A DNA stretch of 61,954 nt, filler included. It is 5 parts of 5 records of this genome, joined end to end, with 100 filler letters (N's around TTAATTAATTAA, not from the genome) between each part and the next. Parts side by side here need not be neighbours in the genome. Positions count along the whole stretch, not along the records: positions 26,071 to 36,088 come from SRR31156797_1022; positions 36,189 to 56,751 come from SRR31156797_1031; 3 more parts are not named here. The stretch is one strand, 5' to 3'. The position numbers and the translations under genes were made by a program. The notes beneath the pieces were generated by a model. That model had not been told where the DNA came from and searched no databases. It worked only from the letters and a program-made list of their open reading frames with translations. Shown piece by piece: positions 28,868-40,341 of this stretch; the stretch's first letter is position 1; each line of letters opens with the position of its first letter.

Positions 28868-30709
28868 ATGAAAATTAAATTTAAAATATCTATTGGAACT
28901 CCGACAACAGCGATTATACTGATATCCACGTTGATAATTATCTATTATAATTATGTTACAACAAGCAAAGTAATCTACAATATGGCTAATGAAATACTTA
29001 ATGGAAACTCAAAAAGAATTTTTTTAAAATTGAAAAATTTCTTTGAGCCAATAAGTGCTCAGACGATGTTTTTGTCAGATGTGATAGATGATGAAAATTA
29101 TTTTTTATCTGAAAAAAGAGAAGAGTATTTGAAATTAATGGCGAAATATCTAAAACAATACAATCAAATAGCATTTATATATATTGCAGATGAAGATGGA
29201 AACTTAAGCCAGGTGAGAAAAGAAGCGGGATTAACTACAAGAATAATAGATAAAAAAAATGCTAATGAGATCTGGAAAAAAAGAGATGTAGAATTTCAAA
29301 CAATAGTCAAAACAGAGAATAAAATTGATTTTGATATTCGAACGAGAACTTGGTATCAAAATGTTAAAAATAGTAAAAAACCTAATTGGAGTAAACCCTA
29401 TGAATTTCAATCAACAGAAAATATAGGCATAACTTTTAGTTATCCTTTGTTTGACGAAAAAAGTGGTAGTTTTTTTGGAACTATCTCTGCTGATATTATA
29501 TCAGATGAGATATCATTATTTTTAAAAAACGAGAAAGTGTATGAGTCAGAGACTTCATATATAATTGGTGCTAAGGGAACAATCTTTGCCTATTCAGATT
29601 ATAATAATTCAGATTCCGGTTTGGACCTTATTAACAAAAATATTGAATTTTTAGACAGTAAAGTGGGACAGGCATATAGATCAATAAAAAAAAGTAACAA
29701 AGATATACTGCAATATAAATTTAATGATAAAAAATACTTTGGAAAAATTACAGAGTTAGAGTCAAAATTAGGCCAATACAAATTGATTACAGTAGTAGAT
29801 GAAAGTGAAATATTTGATGAAATAAAATTAATTTTAAGAAAATCAATTTTAATATCATTTTTAGTTTTATTTTTTGCAATTTATCTATTGATAAAATTTA
29901 TAGATGGTATTTCACGATCTATTGATAATGTTACAACGAGATCTAAACAGTTAAGAAGATTAGACTTTTTTCATCCTATCCCTGATACATCTATGATTTA
30001 TGAAATATCACAAATGCAAAAATCACTTGAAGCTCTAAGAAACGCTATGTATTCTTTTTCAAAATACATTCCATTTGATATCGTGGCTCAAATTATTAAA
30101 GGCCAATCAGAAGCGAAACTTGGAGGAGAAAAGAAAGAGATAACATTAATGTTTACTGATATTTCAAACTTTACATCGATAATCGAAGAGGAAAATTCAG
30201 AGATGATAATCAAACGTTTAACACTTTATTTTGATGAAATAAATAAAATTGTGACAAATACAAGAGGAATAGTTGATAAATTTATAGGAGACGGTACTAT
30301 GTCGTTTTGGGGAGCACCAATAGAAAATGAAGAGAATGCGATATCAGCTTGTTATGCAGCGTTGGAATGCAAAAATAGTATTAAAGAATTAAACTTAAAG
30401 TGGGAAGCAGAAGGGAAAATTCCATTTAATACAAGAATTGGTATAAATACCGGTGAAACAATAGTTGGAAATGTAGGTTCAAAAGATAGGATGAATTATA
30501 CAGCAATGGGTGATTCTGTAAATGTTACAGCAAGACTTGAAAGTCTGTGTAAAGATTACCGAGTGGAGATTATAATAAGTGAATCAACATATATGAAAGT
30601 TAAAGAGTTTTTTATCTGTAAATCACTTGGAAAAGCATGTATAAGAGGAAAAAAAGATAAAATGGAGATTTATGAATTATTAGACAATAAAATTGATAAG
30701 TATAGTTAA
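28868..30709 (+). CDS. Membrane class III adenylate/guanylate cyclase with Cache sensor domain
   Basis: TM-Cache (RTRTWYQ, WSKPY)-TM, then MFTDISNFT, DKFIGDG, RIGINTG and NYTAMGDSVNVTARLE. Confidence 0.92.
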   Translation: MKIKFKISIGTPTTAIILISTLIIIYYNYVTTSKVIYNMANEILNGNSKRIFLKLKNFFEPISAQTMFLSDVIDDENYFLSEKREEYLKLMAKYLKQYNQIAFIYIADEDGNLSQVRKEAGLTTRIIDKKNANEIWKKRDVEFQTIVKTENKIDFDIRTRTWYQNVKNSKKPNWSKPYEFQSTENIGITFSYPLFDEKSGSFFGTISADIISDEISLFLKNEKVYESETSYIIGAKGTIFAYSDYNNSDSGLDLINKNIEFLDSKVGQAYRSIKKSNKDILQYKFNDKKYFGKITELESKLGQYKLITVVDESEIFDEIKLILRKSILISFLVLFFAIYLLIKFIDGISRSIDNVTTRSKQLRRLDFFHPIPDTSMIYEISQMQKSLEALRNAMYSFSKYIPFDIVAQIIKGQSEAKLGGEKKEITLMFTDISNFTSIIEEENSEMIIKRLTLYFDEINKIVTNTRGIVDKFIGDGTMSFWGAPIENEENAISACYAALECKNSIKELNLKWEAEGKIPFNTRIGINTGETIVGNVGSKDRMNYTAMGDSVNVTARLESLCKDYRVEIIISESTYMKVKEFFICKSLGKACIRGKKDKMEIYELLDNKIDKYS

Positions 30710-30713
30710 CTAT

Positions 30714-30756
30714 AAATAGAGGGTGTAGAAATGTAATAATTTCTACATCCTCTATT
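30714..30756 (+). terminator. Hairpin terminator
   Basis: AATAGAGGGTGTAGAAAT..ATTTCTACATCCTCTATT. Confidence 0.7.
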
Positions 30757-31106
30757 AAGTTTTGTGAGCATTGTAATAAAGTTATCTAATGTTAACTTTG
30801 CAAGTTATATATGAAGCCAGCTCAAAACATAAAAAGATATCTATAAATAATATCAATAGTAGATGAATTTTTTAAATATTAAAGAAAAGTTTATTTTAAT
30901 CAATAACATAATTAAAGAAAAAAGAGAAATTTGGTGTTATCTGATGGTGAAAAATGTCAAAATATTATAAAAATGAATAAAAATTCACTTATTTTTACGC
31001 AAAGTATAAAAAAATTACTTTAATGGGATAATATTGAGTGTAGAATAAATATTTCTGGAGGGAGTAAAAAAAAGAGCTAAACATGATTCTAATTAGGGAG
31101 GGGACT

Positions 31107-33023
31107 ATGATTAAAACAAGGGACTTAATAGAAATCGATAGCGAAAAATGTGTGAATTGTCATATGTGTATTCAGGCTTGTCCGGTTAAATTTTGTAATA
31201 GAGCAACAGCTGATGCAGTGGAGATAAATCATGAAATGTGTATAGCCTGTGGAAGTTGTATAAAAACTTGTACACATGATGCGAGGTACTATCTGGATGA
31301 TCTGGATGAATTTATGGCAAATAAACCTAAAAAGTTTATAGCGGTTGTTGCTCCGGCAATAGTTTCAAATATGCCGAATTCATATTTAAAATTAAACTCA
31401 TGGTTAAAATCTATAGGTGCTGATGCGATTTTTGATGTAAGTTTTGGAGCAGAGCTTACTGCAAAGTCATACTATGAATATATTAAAGATAATGATGACA
31501 GAGTAATTATCTCACAACCCTGTCCGGCAATAGTTGAGTATATGCAAGTTTATAAACCAAATTTACTTCCTCATTTGATTCCAGTTGATAGCCCGTTACT
31601 GCACACAATTAAGTATATCAAAAGATTTCTACCAGAGTATAAAGAGCATAAAGTAATATTTATCTCACCATGTATTGCAAAAAAGATAGAGTTGGATGAA
31701 TTGAGAAATGATTCTTATAATATTACTTTTAAAAAATTAGAAGAGTATTTAGAGAAAAACAATATAAGTTTAAATAAATTTGAGGATTTATCTTATGACA
31801 ATCCTTCGGCTGAGAGAGCAGTTCTCTTTCCTAATCCGGGAGGACTTCTTGAAACTTTGAAGAGATATGATAAAAATGCTGCCACTTATACTAGAAAAAT
31901 TGAAGGGATAAATAATATTTATCATTATTTGGAAAATATGCCGGAAGATATTATGGAGCATAAATTTTTGATAATTGATTGTTTAAACTGTGAATATGGT
32001 TGCAACACTGGTCCCGGAACAAACTCCGAAGATAAACATATAGAGGAGCTTGAAAAATTTACAGTTGATAGAAAAAACAAAGGTATAAATAATTATCAAA
32101 AAGGTTTAAAGAAGTTTTTACCGAATAAACTGGAAAAGGAAATAAATAAGTATTGGGAGAAAGATTTATATCAAAGAAAATACAGAAATCTTTCTAATAA
32201 AAATATTATTGATATACCAAGTGAAGCTGATATTTCCAATATCTATAAAGATCTGGAGAAAGAAAATAGGGATGACGAATTGAATTGTGCTGCTTGTGGT
32301 TACGGATCATGTCAGGATATGGCAATAGCAATCCATAACTCAATGAATAAAATTGATAATTGTCAGCACTATAAAACAAAAATAATTGAAAAAGAAAAAG
32401 AAAGTCTAAAAGAGCAGGCAAGAGAGCTGGAAGAAAATATGTCAGTTATTGAAGAGCTAAAAAATGAAGTTGAAACAACTCAGAAAAATGCAAATTATGA
32501 AACCGGTAGAATGCTCAATGAGATAATGAATGAGTTTAATGAGCATAATACCAAAATGGATAATCAGGCGAGAAGTTTATCAGAAGTGTTTATTAATCAA
32601 AATGAGCATTTTGGTCATATGTTAAAGGAGTTCGATGAAGGAATAAAAATATTGAAGAAAATTCATCCTATTATTGAAGCGATTAACAGCATAAGTGATC
32701 AAACTAATCTACTGGCTCTTAATGCTGCAATAGAATCAGCCAGGGCAGGAGAGGCAGGTAGAGGATTTTCTGTAGTTGCAGATGAAGTAAGAAAATTAGC
32801 TGAAAATACTAAAATTGAAGCAGAGAAGATTTTGCCGTTTTCTCAAGATTTATCTACGAAAATTAATTCGGCAAATCAAAAAGCAGTTTTTTCAAGAGAA
32901 GAGTTTTTGAAATTGAATACTCTCATAGAAGATTTAAATCAGACCTATAATCAGATCAATAAAACTAATTCTATCTTAAATACTGAAGCAAATAAATTAA
33001 TGGAAACTAATTCTGACGATTAA
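31107..33023 (+). CDS. [FeFe]-hydrogenase-like (H-cluster) domain fused to an MCP signalling domain (group C sensory type)
   Basis: Two CxxCxxCxxxC ferredoxin motifs, SQPCP / SPCIAKKIE / [25 protein letters not shown]eS motif and [18 protein letters not shown]; no TM segment. Confidence 0.88.
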   Translation: MIKTRDLIEIDSEKCVNCHMCIQACPVKFCNRATADAVEINHEMCIACGSCIKTCTHDARYYLDDLDEFMANKPKKFIAVVAPAIVSNMPNSYLKLNSWLKSIGADAIFDVSFGAELTAKSYYEYIKDNDDRVIISQPCPAIVEYMQVYKPNLLPHLIPVDSPLLHTIKYIKRFLPEYKEHKVIFISPCIAKKIELDELRNDSYNITFKKLEEYLEKNNISLNKFEDLSYDNPSAERAVLFPNPGGLLETLKRYDKNAATYTRKIEGINNIYHYLENMPEDIMEHKFLIIDCLNCEYGCNTGPGTNSEDKHIEELEKFTVDRKNKGINNYQKGLKKFLPNKLEKEINKYWEKDLYQRKYRNLSNKNIIDIPSEADISNIYKDLEKENRDDELNCAACGYGSCQDMAIAIHNSMNKIDNCQHYKTKIIEKEKESLKEQARELEENMSVIEELKNEVETTQKNANYETGRMLNEIMNEFNEHNTKMDNQARSLSEVFINQNEHFGHMLKEFDEGIKILKKIHPIIEAINSISDQTNLLALNAAIESARAGEAGRGFSVVADEVRKLAENTKIEAEKILPFSQDLSTKINSANQKAVFSREEFLKLNTLIEDLNQTYNQINKTNSILNTEANKLMETNSDD

Positions 33024-33024
33024 T

Positions 33025-33073
33025 AATAGTTTGTGCCACGACTTCTTATAAAAGAATCGTGGCACAAACTATT
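33025..33073. terminator. Bidirectional terminator
   Basis: AATAGTTTGTGCCACGA..TCGTGGCACAAACTATT between convergent genes. Confidence 0.8.
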
Positions 33074-33103
33074 TTATTATCATTTTTCTATATTGACCGG
33101 GAG

Positions 33104-33304
33104 TTAAACCATATACTCCTCTTTGATTAACTTTTCTCCTGAATAAGCAAATAAAGCAGTAAATGAAAAAGCAGCACATGCTATGCCGAAGTAAAAACCT
33201 ATCGACTCTTTGATTCTATTTTTTATTCCGATGTTTATTGCTAAAAAGTTCATAGGTCCGGGTGAGTACATTATACTAAGTATATATAAAAACATCTCTA
33301 TCAT
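33104..33304 (-). pseudogene. Truncated LysE/RhtB-family exporter
   Basis: AAGGAG RBS and YSPGPMN N-terminal motif, but only 66 aa before the stop, with no room for the rest of the gene. Confidence 0.7.
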
Positions 33305-33433
33305 TTTTATCACTCCTTAAAAATTTTCTCTTAAAATTTATATAAGTGCTTAAATCTTATTAGATTTGAAAAAATTATATCGAAAATTGACTTATTTTTA
33401 TAGGACGAGATTGCTTTTTAATCGTAATTGAGT

Positions 33434-33552
33434 TTAATCCTCCGCTCTTTGGGGAGAAATCAATTTATCGAATCAACGTTTCTGATGATAGTCTGAAACT
33501 GTAGTAGTGATTTTCTGCTACATCATACCCCGTTCGCTTGCGACGTGGGTTT
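33434..33552. repeat. GC-rich multi-hairpin element, possible degenerate MITE/palindrome-associated element
   Basis: TCCTCCGCTCTTTGGGGAGA at one end, ACCCCGTTCGCTTGCGACGTGGGT at the other, with internal hairpins in an AT-rich background. Confidence 0.4.
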
Positions 33553-33745
33553 TAAATAACTAAAGCTGTCGAAGCAAAAATGTATTAGTGATGTTGAAAC
33601 AATAATGAGAGTATCCAGTGATTTTAAGTTAAGTTGTATTTAACTTTTTGATGTATTATACAGACTTTTTTATCATAGTTTAAAAAAAAGACACTCTAAA
33701 TGAGTTATTTTTATTAAAAAAATCAAAATAAAAATCCAGTATAGG

Positions 33746-33774
33746 TTGACATATGCTGTGAAGGGATGTATACT
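33746..33774 (+). promoter_or_regulatory. Near-consensus sigma70 promoter
   Basis: TTGACA-N17-TATACT upstream of the 33892 ORF and the MCP. Confidence 0.7.
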
Positions 33775-33891
33775 GTAAATATTTAAAACCAACTTGGCAA
33801 CTTAAAAAACTAACTTAAAATAAAAAAAGAGAGAAATTATAACACTAGAGTTATCTAAAGATGACTAAGGGATAGGAGAAAGAGGGAGATA

Positions 33892-34395
33892 TTGAAGGGA
33901 AAATTGAAAAAAGAGGGGAAACAGTTTCAGCTTGAATTTTATGCAGAAAAAATATCGGGCTGGAATGAAAGTAATGTAAATATCTATAATAAAAACAGGG
34001 ATTTGGAAAAGAAAGTAAAACAGATTAAAAATGTGATAGCTTTGATGAATTATATTCCGAATTTTCTAATTCATCCATTTCAGAATAAGTATATTAAATT
34101 ATTTGATATATTGGAGAAAATATTAAAGAGAGTAGAAAAAAATCACAATATATTAGGTAATATCAAACTTGAATTTTATAAAATATTGCTTACTATGGAA
34201 GATGAATTATCTAAAATAGAATGTAGCAGAATAAAACAGCAAAAAAAATTATTGTTATCAGAATACTGGTCATATAAAAAAATACTAGATTATCAAATTA
34301 AAGAAAACAGTAAATTTATGTTTGAATTAAAAGATAGTATTAAATCTATAAATAATAAAAAATACATAAAAAGTTCAGCTGCATATAAAGTTTAA
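33892..34395 (+). CDS. Hypothetical helical protein
   Basis: 167-codon ORF in very AT-rich DNA, GAGGGAG RBS, TTG start, downstream of a promoter. Confidence 0.55.
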   Translation: MKGKLKKEGKQFQLEFYAEKISGWNESNVNIYNKNRDLEKKVKQIKNVIALMNYIPNFLIHPFQNKYIKLFDILEKILKRVEKNHNILGNIKLEFYKILLTMEDELSKIECSRIKQQKKLLLSEYWSYKKILDYQIKENSKFMFELKDSIKSINNKKYIKSSAAYKV

Positions 34396-34426
34396 AGAGT
34401 GTTTTAAAGGAAAGGATGTGGAGTAA

Positions 34427-36088
34427 TTGAAGAATTTAAAACTGAGATTGAAAATTGGCTTGGGTTTTAGTAGTATTATTCTAATAGCAGCCTTGGCAGC
34501 AGTGGTTGGAATAGTAAATATGAGAACAAGTTCTGAATTAGCTATGGTACTTGATAAAGAACATGTGCCTGAAGTTAAAATTGCTACTGATTTGAGAGGA
34601 AATGCAAATAGAGCTATGTATAATATGGGGATTTATGCATATAACTCTGATGAAAATTTACTAAATAATGCATTGAACGAAATCTCTGATTTGGAAGAAA
34701 ATTTGGCAAAAGGAAGAGAGTTAGTTAAAGAGGCTCCTCATCTGCTTAAATTAAACGAGGAATTATCTAAAGCTGAAAGCGAAAAAGACAGATATAAAGT
34801 TCTTATTGATAAAACAGTAAATCTAAATAAAAATTTATCTGCTAATTTAGATTTAATGATAAAAACAGCTGCTGAATTCATAAAATATACAGCTGAATTC
34901 ACATTTGTTCAAGAAGAAAAATTAGAACAAGCTATTAAATTAACCAAAAAATCAGATATAGAGGATAGAGTCAAAAAAATTAAATTGATGAATAAAATTA
35001 TCAATTTAGGAAATGGAATAAGAATAAAAAATTTGTTATCTCAATCAACTAGAAATCCTGAAATAATGCAAGAAGGAATAGATGATTTTGATAATATTGA
35101 GCCAATTATGCAAGAGTTAAAAAAGATAACAAAACTACAAAAAGATATCAACTCACTTAAGATTATAGAGAAGAGTACTGATGCTTATAAACAAAGCATG
35201 ATTGATTATTTAAACAGTTGGAATCAACTACAAAATATTTCAAAGCAGAGATTAGAAGTTGGACAAGAGTTTATTAACGCAACATCAGAAATTACTGAAA
35301 ATGGTTTGAAAAATACCAAAGAGATATCAGAAAAAACTTTTAACTCTTTAATTAAAACTTCAAAGTTCATAAGTATGGGAATGTTTGTAATGATAATTCT
35401 GGGAGTGATTATCTCTATAATAATAGTTAGATCGATTACAAAACCTATTCTATATATAGTTAAACATATTGCCAAAATAGGAAACTATAATATCTCTGAA
35501 GATATTCCACATGGATATACAGATAGAAAAGATGAAGTGGGAAATATTAGTAATTCACTTCAAAATTTACAACTAAGCCTGAGAAAATTGATTGGTCAGG
35601 TAAAGGATAACTCAGATACAGTTGCTTCATTTTCTCAGGAATTAACTGCGATGTCCGAGCAATCTTCTTCGGTATTTGAGGAATTAGCAAATAATATTAA
35701 CGAAATAGCAAAAGGGGCTTCATCGCAATCTGAAAATGCAACTGAGGGTGCGGATAACTTGATAGGTCTTGGAGGTTTAATTGATGATGGGAAAAATAAT
35801 ATATTCTCATTGAATAATTCTACCAATGAAGTGAACAAACTGGTTAGTGAAGGATTACAAATTATAGAAGATTTAACTCATCATACAAGCCTTAATAATC
35901 AAGTAGCTGAAGAAGCATCCAGAAATATTCAACAAGCAAATAGAAGTTCGGAAAATATTGAAAATGCAAGTGCATTCATTGCATCTATATCTGAACAAAC
36001 TAATCTTCTGGCGCTCAATGCTGCTATAGAAGCTGCCAGAGCCGGGGATGCAGGTAGGGGATTTGCAGTAGTTGCTGATGAGATTAGA
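34427..36088 (+). CDS. Methyl-accepting chemotaxis protein (3' truncated by contig end)
   Basis: TM, helical sensor, TM, HAMP (RKDEVG), [31 protein letters not shown]. Confidence 0.93.
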
Positions 36089-36188
36089 NNNNNNNNNNNN
36101 NNNNNNNNNNNNNNNNNNNNNNNNNNNNNNNNTTAATTAATTAANNNNNNNNNNNNNNNNNNNNNNNNNNNNNNNNNNNNNNNNNNNN
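36089..36188. other. Artificial contig linker
   Basis: 44 N + TTAATTAATTAA + 44 N. Confidence 0.98.
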
Positions 36189-36216
36189 GTGCTCTACCAA
36201 CTGAGCTACACCCACC
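36189..36216 (-). tRNA. 5' part of a tRNA, probably tRNA-His (anticodon missing)
   Basis: Reverse complement (G)GTGGGTGTAGCTCAGTTGGTAGAGCAC gives acceptor strand, U8-A9 and D-arm; an encoded G-1 plus GTGG start fits tRNA-His. Confidence 0.75.
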
Positions 36217-36231
36217 GCGTCTGTGAGGAGG

Positions 36232-36260
36232 TGTTTAACTAAGCTGGGGGTGATGGTCAA
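36232..36260 (-). promoter_or_regulatory. Putative sigma70 promoter of the tRNA
   Basis: Minus strand TTGACC-N17-TAAACA just upstream of the tRNA. Confidence 0.5.
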
Positions 36261-36542
36261 GAAGTTTTTGAAAAAAAGGCCATTTTTTTTGTAATCATTA
36301 AATCCTGCAAGTAAAAGAGATGATTAACTTGTTTATAAAACGACGTTTTGCTCTTAATAGAAAAATAGGTTCAGAGCACTCTTCACTAAAGAGTTATTTT
36401 GTGCCACAAACAATTTGTTCTTTTGATACTGAAAGCAATCAGGGGTCGCGGAAAGGCAATGTCTTTTCACCCGGCTGGCGCAACGTTAATTCAAGTTCTT
36501 AACGGCGGTAGCTTATTACCTGATAAATATAAGGATTTGTAG

Positions 36543-37796
36543 ATGGATAAATTAGTTATTGAAGGTGGAGTCTCTCTTAACGGCCCGATCAGGGTCAGTG
36601 GTTCTAAAAACGCAGCCCTGCCCATTCTGCTGGCTTGCATCCTGCCGGAAGGTCCGGTCTGTCTCAGCAATGTCCCGCGCTTGAGAGATATTCATACCAC
36701 TCTTAAGCTGCTTAATATTTTGGGATGTGAGACTTCCTTTGAAGGTAATACCGTATGCAGCGAGGTTAAGGATCTTAAAATTGAAGCTCCTTACGATCTG
36801 GTAAAGACCATGCGCGCTTCCGTGCTTTGCCTTGGGCCTTTGCTGGCTCTAAAAGGTGAAGCCAAGGTTGCTCTGCCCGGTGGCTGTGCTATCGGCGCAC
36901 GCCCTGTAGACCTGCATTTGACCGCATTTGAGCAGATGGGTGCTACCTTTGATCTCGATTCCGGTTATATCCATGGTAAATGTGACAAGCTTAAAGGCGC
37001 ACATATCCATTTTGATTTCCCCACTGTGGGCGGTACTGAAAACGTGCTCATGGCCGCAGCAATTGCCGAAGGGGAGACCATTATTGAAAACGCAGCCCGT
37101 GAGCCTGAAGTTGTTGACCTTGCCAAGTTTCTCATCGCTTGCGGAGCAAAAATCTCCGGTCACGGAACAAGTATTATTACTGTTCAGGGCGTACCTTCCC
37201 TTAAAGGCTGTGATTACAAAGTCATGCCTGACCGCATTGAAGCCGGAACCTATATGGTTGCTGCGGCAATGACTGATGGTGAGTTACTTATTCAGGATTG
37301 TCCCTTTCAGGAACTTGAATCCGTCGTTTATAAACTGCGCAAGATGGGCGTTTCTCTTGAGGAGGAAGAAGGCGGGGTCCGCGTGCGTCGTGCCAATGGC
37401 CTTATTTCCGGCGTGGATATCACTACCCAGCCGTATCCCGGTTTCCCTACTGACATGCAGGCTCAGCTTATGACTTTGATGTGTCTGTCCAACGGTGCCG
37501 GAACCATCGAAGAAAAGATTTTTGAAAACCGTTTCATGCATGTGCAGGAACTGGTGCGTATGGGCGCGAATATTAAGCTCAAGGGGCGTACTGCCATGAT
37601 TCGCGGCGTTGAGAAGATGACCGGTGCTCCGGTTATGGCTTCAGATCTACGAGCCAGTGCTTCTCTCGTTGTAGCAGGACTTGCTGCTCATGGACGTACT
37701 GATGTCCAGCGTATCTATCATCTTGATAGGGGATACGAGAAACTTGAAGACAAGCTTTCCGCTGTAGGCGCAAGAGTCCGGCGCGAGCAAGAGTAA
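36543..37796 (+). CDS. murA: UDP-N-acetylglucosamine 1-carboxyvinyltransferase
   Basis: [34 protein letters not shown] and HLDRGYE motifs. Confidence 0.98.
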   Translation: MDKLVIEGGVSLNGPIRVSGSKNAALPILLACILPEGPVCLSNVPRLRDIHTTLKLLNILGCETSFEGNTVCSEVKDLKIEAPYDLVKTMRASVLCLGPLLALKGEAKVALPGGCAIGARPVDLHLTAFEQMGATFDLDSGYIHGKCDKLKGAHIHFDFPTVGGTENVLMAAAIAEGETIIENAAREPEVVDLAKFLIACGAKISGHGTSIITVQGVPSLKGCDYKVMPDRIEAGTYMVAAAMTDGELLIQDCPFQELESVVYKLRKMGVSLEEEEGGVRVRRANGLISGVDITTQPYPGFPTDMQAQLMTLMCLSNGAGTIEEKIFENRFMHVQELVRMGANIKLKGRTAMIRGVEKMTGAPVMASDLRASASLVVAGLAAHGRTDVQRIYHLDRGYEKLEDKLSAVGARVRREQE

Positions 37797-37811
37797 GTAT
37801 CGCTCCGCATC

Positions 37812-40217
37812 ATGACTCAGGTTGCGGATAATATGATTAAAAATAGCAGGTCCGGTATTCCGGGCCTGTTTTTATGGCAGGTTCTTGTTCCTGCATTTGT
37901 TTTTGGCATACTGTCCATTAAATGGATGCTTCCTTCCTTGGCCGCTTTGCTGGTCTATCTCTTCCTTGTCTTTATATTTCGAGCTGAAAAAGGTTCTGCT
38001 GTTTTAATGCTGCTACTGTTTGGCATTGGACATTGGTATGGTAATTTTGTTCTATCGCCCGGTCCGGGGGAGATGCCGCAATGGATGGCTGCTCGTGAAA
38101 AGGTGCAGCTTAGCGGCACAGTCCACAGTATCAAAGGGGCACCGGGGAATCGCCTAAAGATTTTACTTGAAAATGTCAGTTGCCAGAGCAAAGCAGGGGC
38201 TACCGATCTCGGTGGGTTCTTGAATTGGACTTGGGATAAGCCGGATCAACTTCCTTTTGTGGGGCAGCAGGTATCATTGGTTGCGCGGGTTAAACCGATT
38301 CATGGGTTCCGGAACAGCGGCCTTTGGGATTACGATTTTTATTGCCGCACCAAGGATATCCGCTATCGGACTTACATCCGTGGACCGATCAAAAAAGGTG
38401 GGTTGAAGTCCTATGAGCCGCATGGCTTGCAGAAATTGCGTGCTTCTTTGCGTGAGCACATATTAAAAAATGCTCCCCCCACTGATGGCGGGGCAATTTT
38501 TCCGGCACTGCTGACAGGGGACCGTTTCTATCTTTCCCGGGACAGTGTTGAATTAATCCGCAGGGCCGGGGTGTCACATATCCTGGCTTTATCCGGGCTG
38601 CATGTTGGGTTCATAGTTGCAATGGGCTTCGGTTTAGCTTGGCTGGCAGGCCTAATTCACCCACGCATTTATTTACGGGTTCCGCAGATGCGTTTGGGAG
38701 TGCTTTTTTCCGCTCCTCCGGTTTTGCTTTATCTCTGGCTGGGGCAGTTCAGTCCATCGCTCATGCGTGCGGTATGCATGTTCGGCTTTTGGGGTTTACT
38801 CATGTTTCTTAACCGGGGCAGAGTGCTATTGGACGGCCTTTTTCTGGCTGTCGTGGTTATTTTAGGATTTGCTCCGCTCAGTGTTTTTGATCTGGGTTTT
38901 CAGCTTTCGGTGCTGGCCGTGGCCGGAATAGCTTTGATGTTCCCACTGTTTACGCGGTTGATGCCTTCCGGTCACAATCTATTTATTAAAGCGCTCCGTT
39001 TTGTGCTGGCTGTTTTCTATGTCAGTTTGTCTGCTAATATTGCTTTACTTCCGATTATAATCTGGAATTTCGGGGTGCTCACTCCTAATTTCCTTTTCAA
39101 TATTCTTTTTGTTCCCGTTCTTGGTTCGGTCATTCTGCCTGTGTGCGGAGTGGGTGGACTTGTTGCTTCGTATTTCAGTCCAGAGTTCTCGCATACATTA
39201 TTTGCAATCGGGGCAAACTTCTTTGATTGGCTTTTGCAACTGGTGCGTGATGCCGTTAGTGCCGGGTTGCTGCCGGAATATGCTTTTTATCGTCCTCATT
39301 GGGAAGGGATGTTGATTTATTATCTTGTGTTGGGCGCAGTTATTTTATTGATGCACGGAAAATTAAAACGTGCGCAATTGGTGCTAGTTCCGGTTCTTCT
39401 TCTGCTTGGGTTGCGGGTTTCGGGTGAGTTCGGGCCGGAGCGGGTGCGTATGGATGTTCTTGATACCGGACAGTCTCAATGTGTGGTGATCTCCGGCCCT
39501 CAGGGAACGCGTACTGTTGTGGATGGCGGAGGTGGATTCGGCAGGAGTTTTGATATGGGGCGCTCCATAGTCGGGCCGTGGCTGGCCTATGGGCATCTAC
39601 CACAGGTGGATAATATTTTTATGACCCACGGGGACCGGGATCATGCCGGGGGATTGGCTTTTCTACTTGAAAAGTTTTCCGTAGGTAGCTTTTATTCCAA
39701 TGGAGATATCCCCAGTGGTCGGATCGGGGAACGTTTTAATGCTGCATTTGAAGATAGAGGGATTGTTCCGCAGACTCTTGTAAGTGGGGAAAATGTTATT
39801 CTCGAACCGGGGTTGGTCATGGAAGTATTGCATCCTTCACTTGACTTTGAAGGTACTCGCAATGATCGGTCTCTATATCTAAGATTGCTCTGGAATGGAC
39901 ATCCATTGTTGTCCATCTCAGGTGATCTGGATCGGAAGGGTATACGGACCGTTTTAAAAAGTGGGCAGGCGCTTTCTTCCCGTGTGCTTGTTCTGCCACA
40001 TCATGGCAGTGCCGGGTCTTATTCTCCTGATTTATATGAGAGTGTTGATCCCGATATGGCGCTAGCAGCCTGTGGTTTTTTGAATCGTTATAATTTCGTT
40101 GCAAAAAAAATAATACGGGAGCTGGATAAAAGACACGTATGGATGTATACGACTTCTGCATACGGAATGATTACCGTGGAATGGAATAGTAACGGGACGG
40201 TGATAGCTGGCCCGTGA
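37812..40217 (+). CDS. comEC: DNA internalization competence protein ComEC/Rec2
   Basis: GVSHILALSGLH, GFQLS and metallo-beta-lactamase motifs (DTGQ, THGDRDH, PHHGS). Confidence 0.93.
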   Translation: MTQVADNMIKNSRSGIPGLFLWQVLVPAFVFGILSIKWMLPSLAALLVYLFLVFIFRAEKGSAVLMLLLFGIGHWYGNFVLSPGPGEMPQWMAAREKVQLSGTVHSIKGAPGNRLKILLENVSCQSKAGATDLGGFLNWTWDKPDQLPFVGQQVSLVARVKPIHGFRNSGLWDYDFYCRTKDIRYRTYIRGPIKKGGLKSYEPHGLQKLRASLREHILKNAPPTDGGAIFPALLTGDRFYLSRDSVELIRRAGVSHILALSGLHVGFIVAMGFGLAWLAGLIHPRIYLRVPQMRLGVLFSAPPVLLYLWLGQFSPSLMRAVCMFGFWGLLMFLNRGRVLLDGLFLAVVVILGFAPLSVFDLGFQLSVLAVAGIALMFPLFTRLMPSGHNLFIKALRFVLAVFYVSLSANIALLPIIIWNFGVLTPNFLFNILFVPVLGSVILPVCGVGGLVASYFSPEFSHTLFAIGANFFDWLLQLVRDAVSAGLLPEYAFYRPHWEGMLIYYLVLGAVILLMHGKLKRAQLVLVPVLLLLGLRVSGEFGPERVRMDVLDTGQSQCVVISGPQGTRTVVDGGGGFGRSFDMGRSIVGPWLAYGHLPQVDNIFMTHGDRDHAGGLAFLLEKFSVGSFYSNGDIPSGRIGERFNAAFEDRGIVPQTLVSGENVILEPGLVMEVLHPSLDFEGTRNDRSLYLRLLWNGHPLLSISGDLDRKGIRTVLKSGQALSSRVLVLPHHGSAGSYSPDLYESVDPDMALAACGFLNRYNFVAKKIIRELDKRHVWMYTTSAYGMITVEWNSNGTVIAGP

Positions 40218-40341
40218 TGAAAAACACATTTTTATGACTATTGTTGCGCAGGAAACTTGATTTTCATGTGCAAAAGTGCCAATGTCTACCCATTGACCGA
40301 AGTCTATGTGTAAAGCCTATGATGAATGGAGGTTTGTCTGC

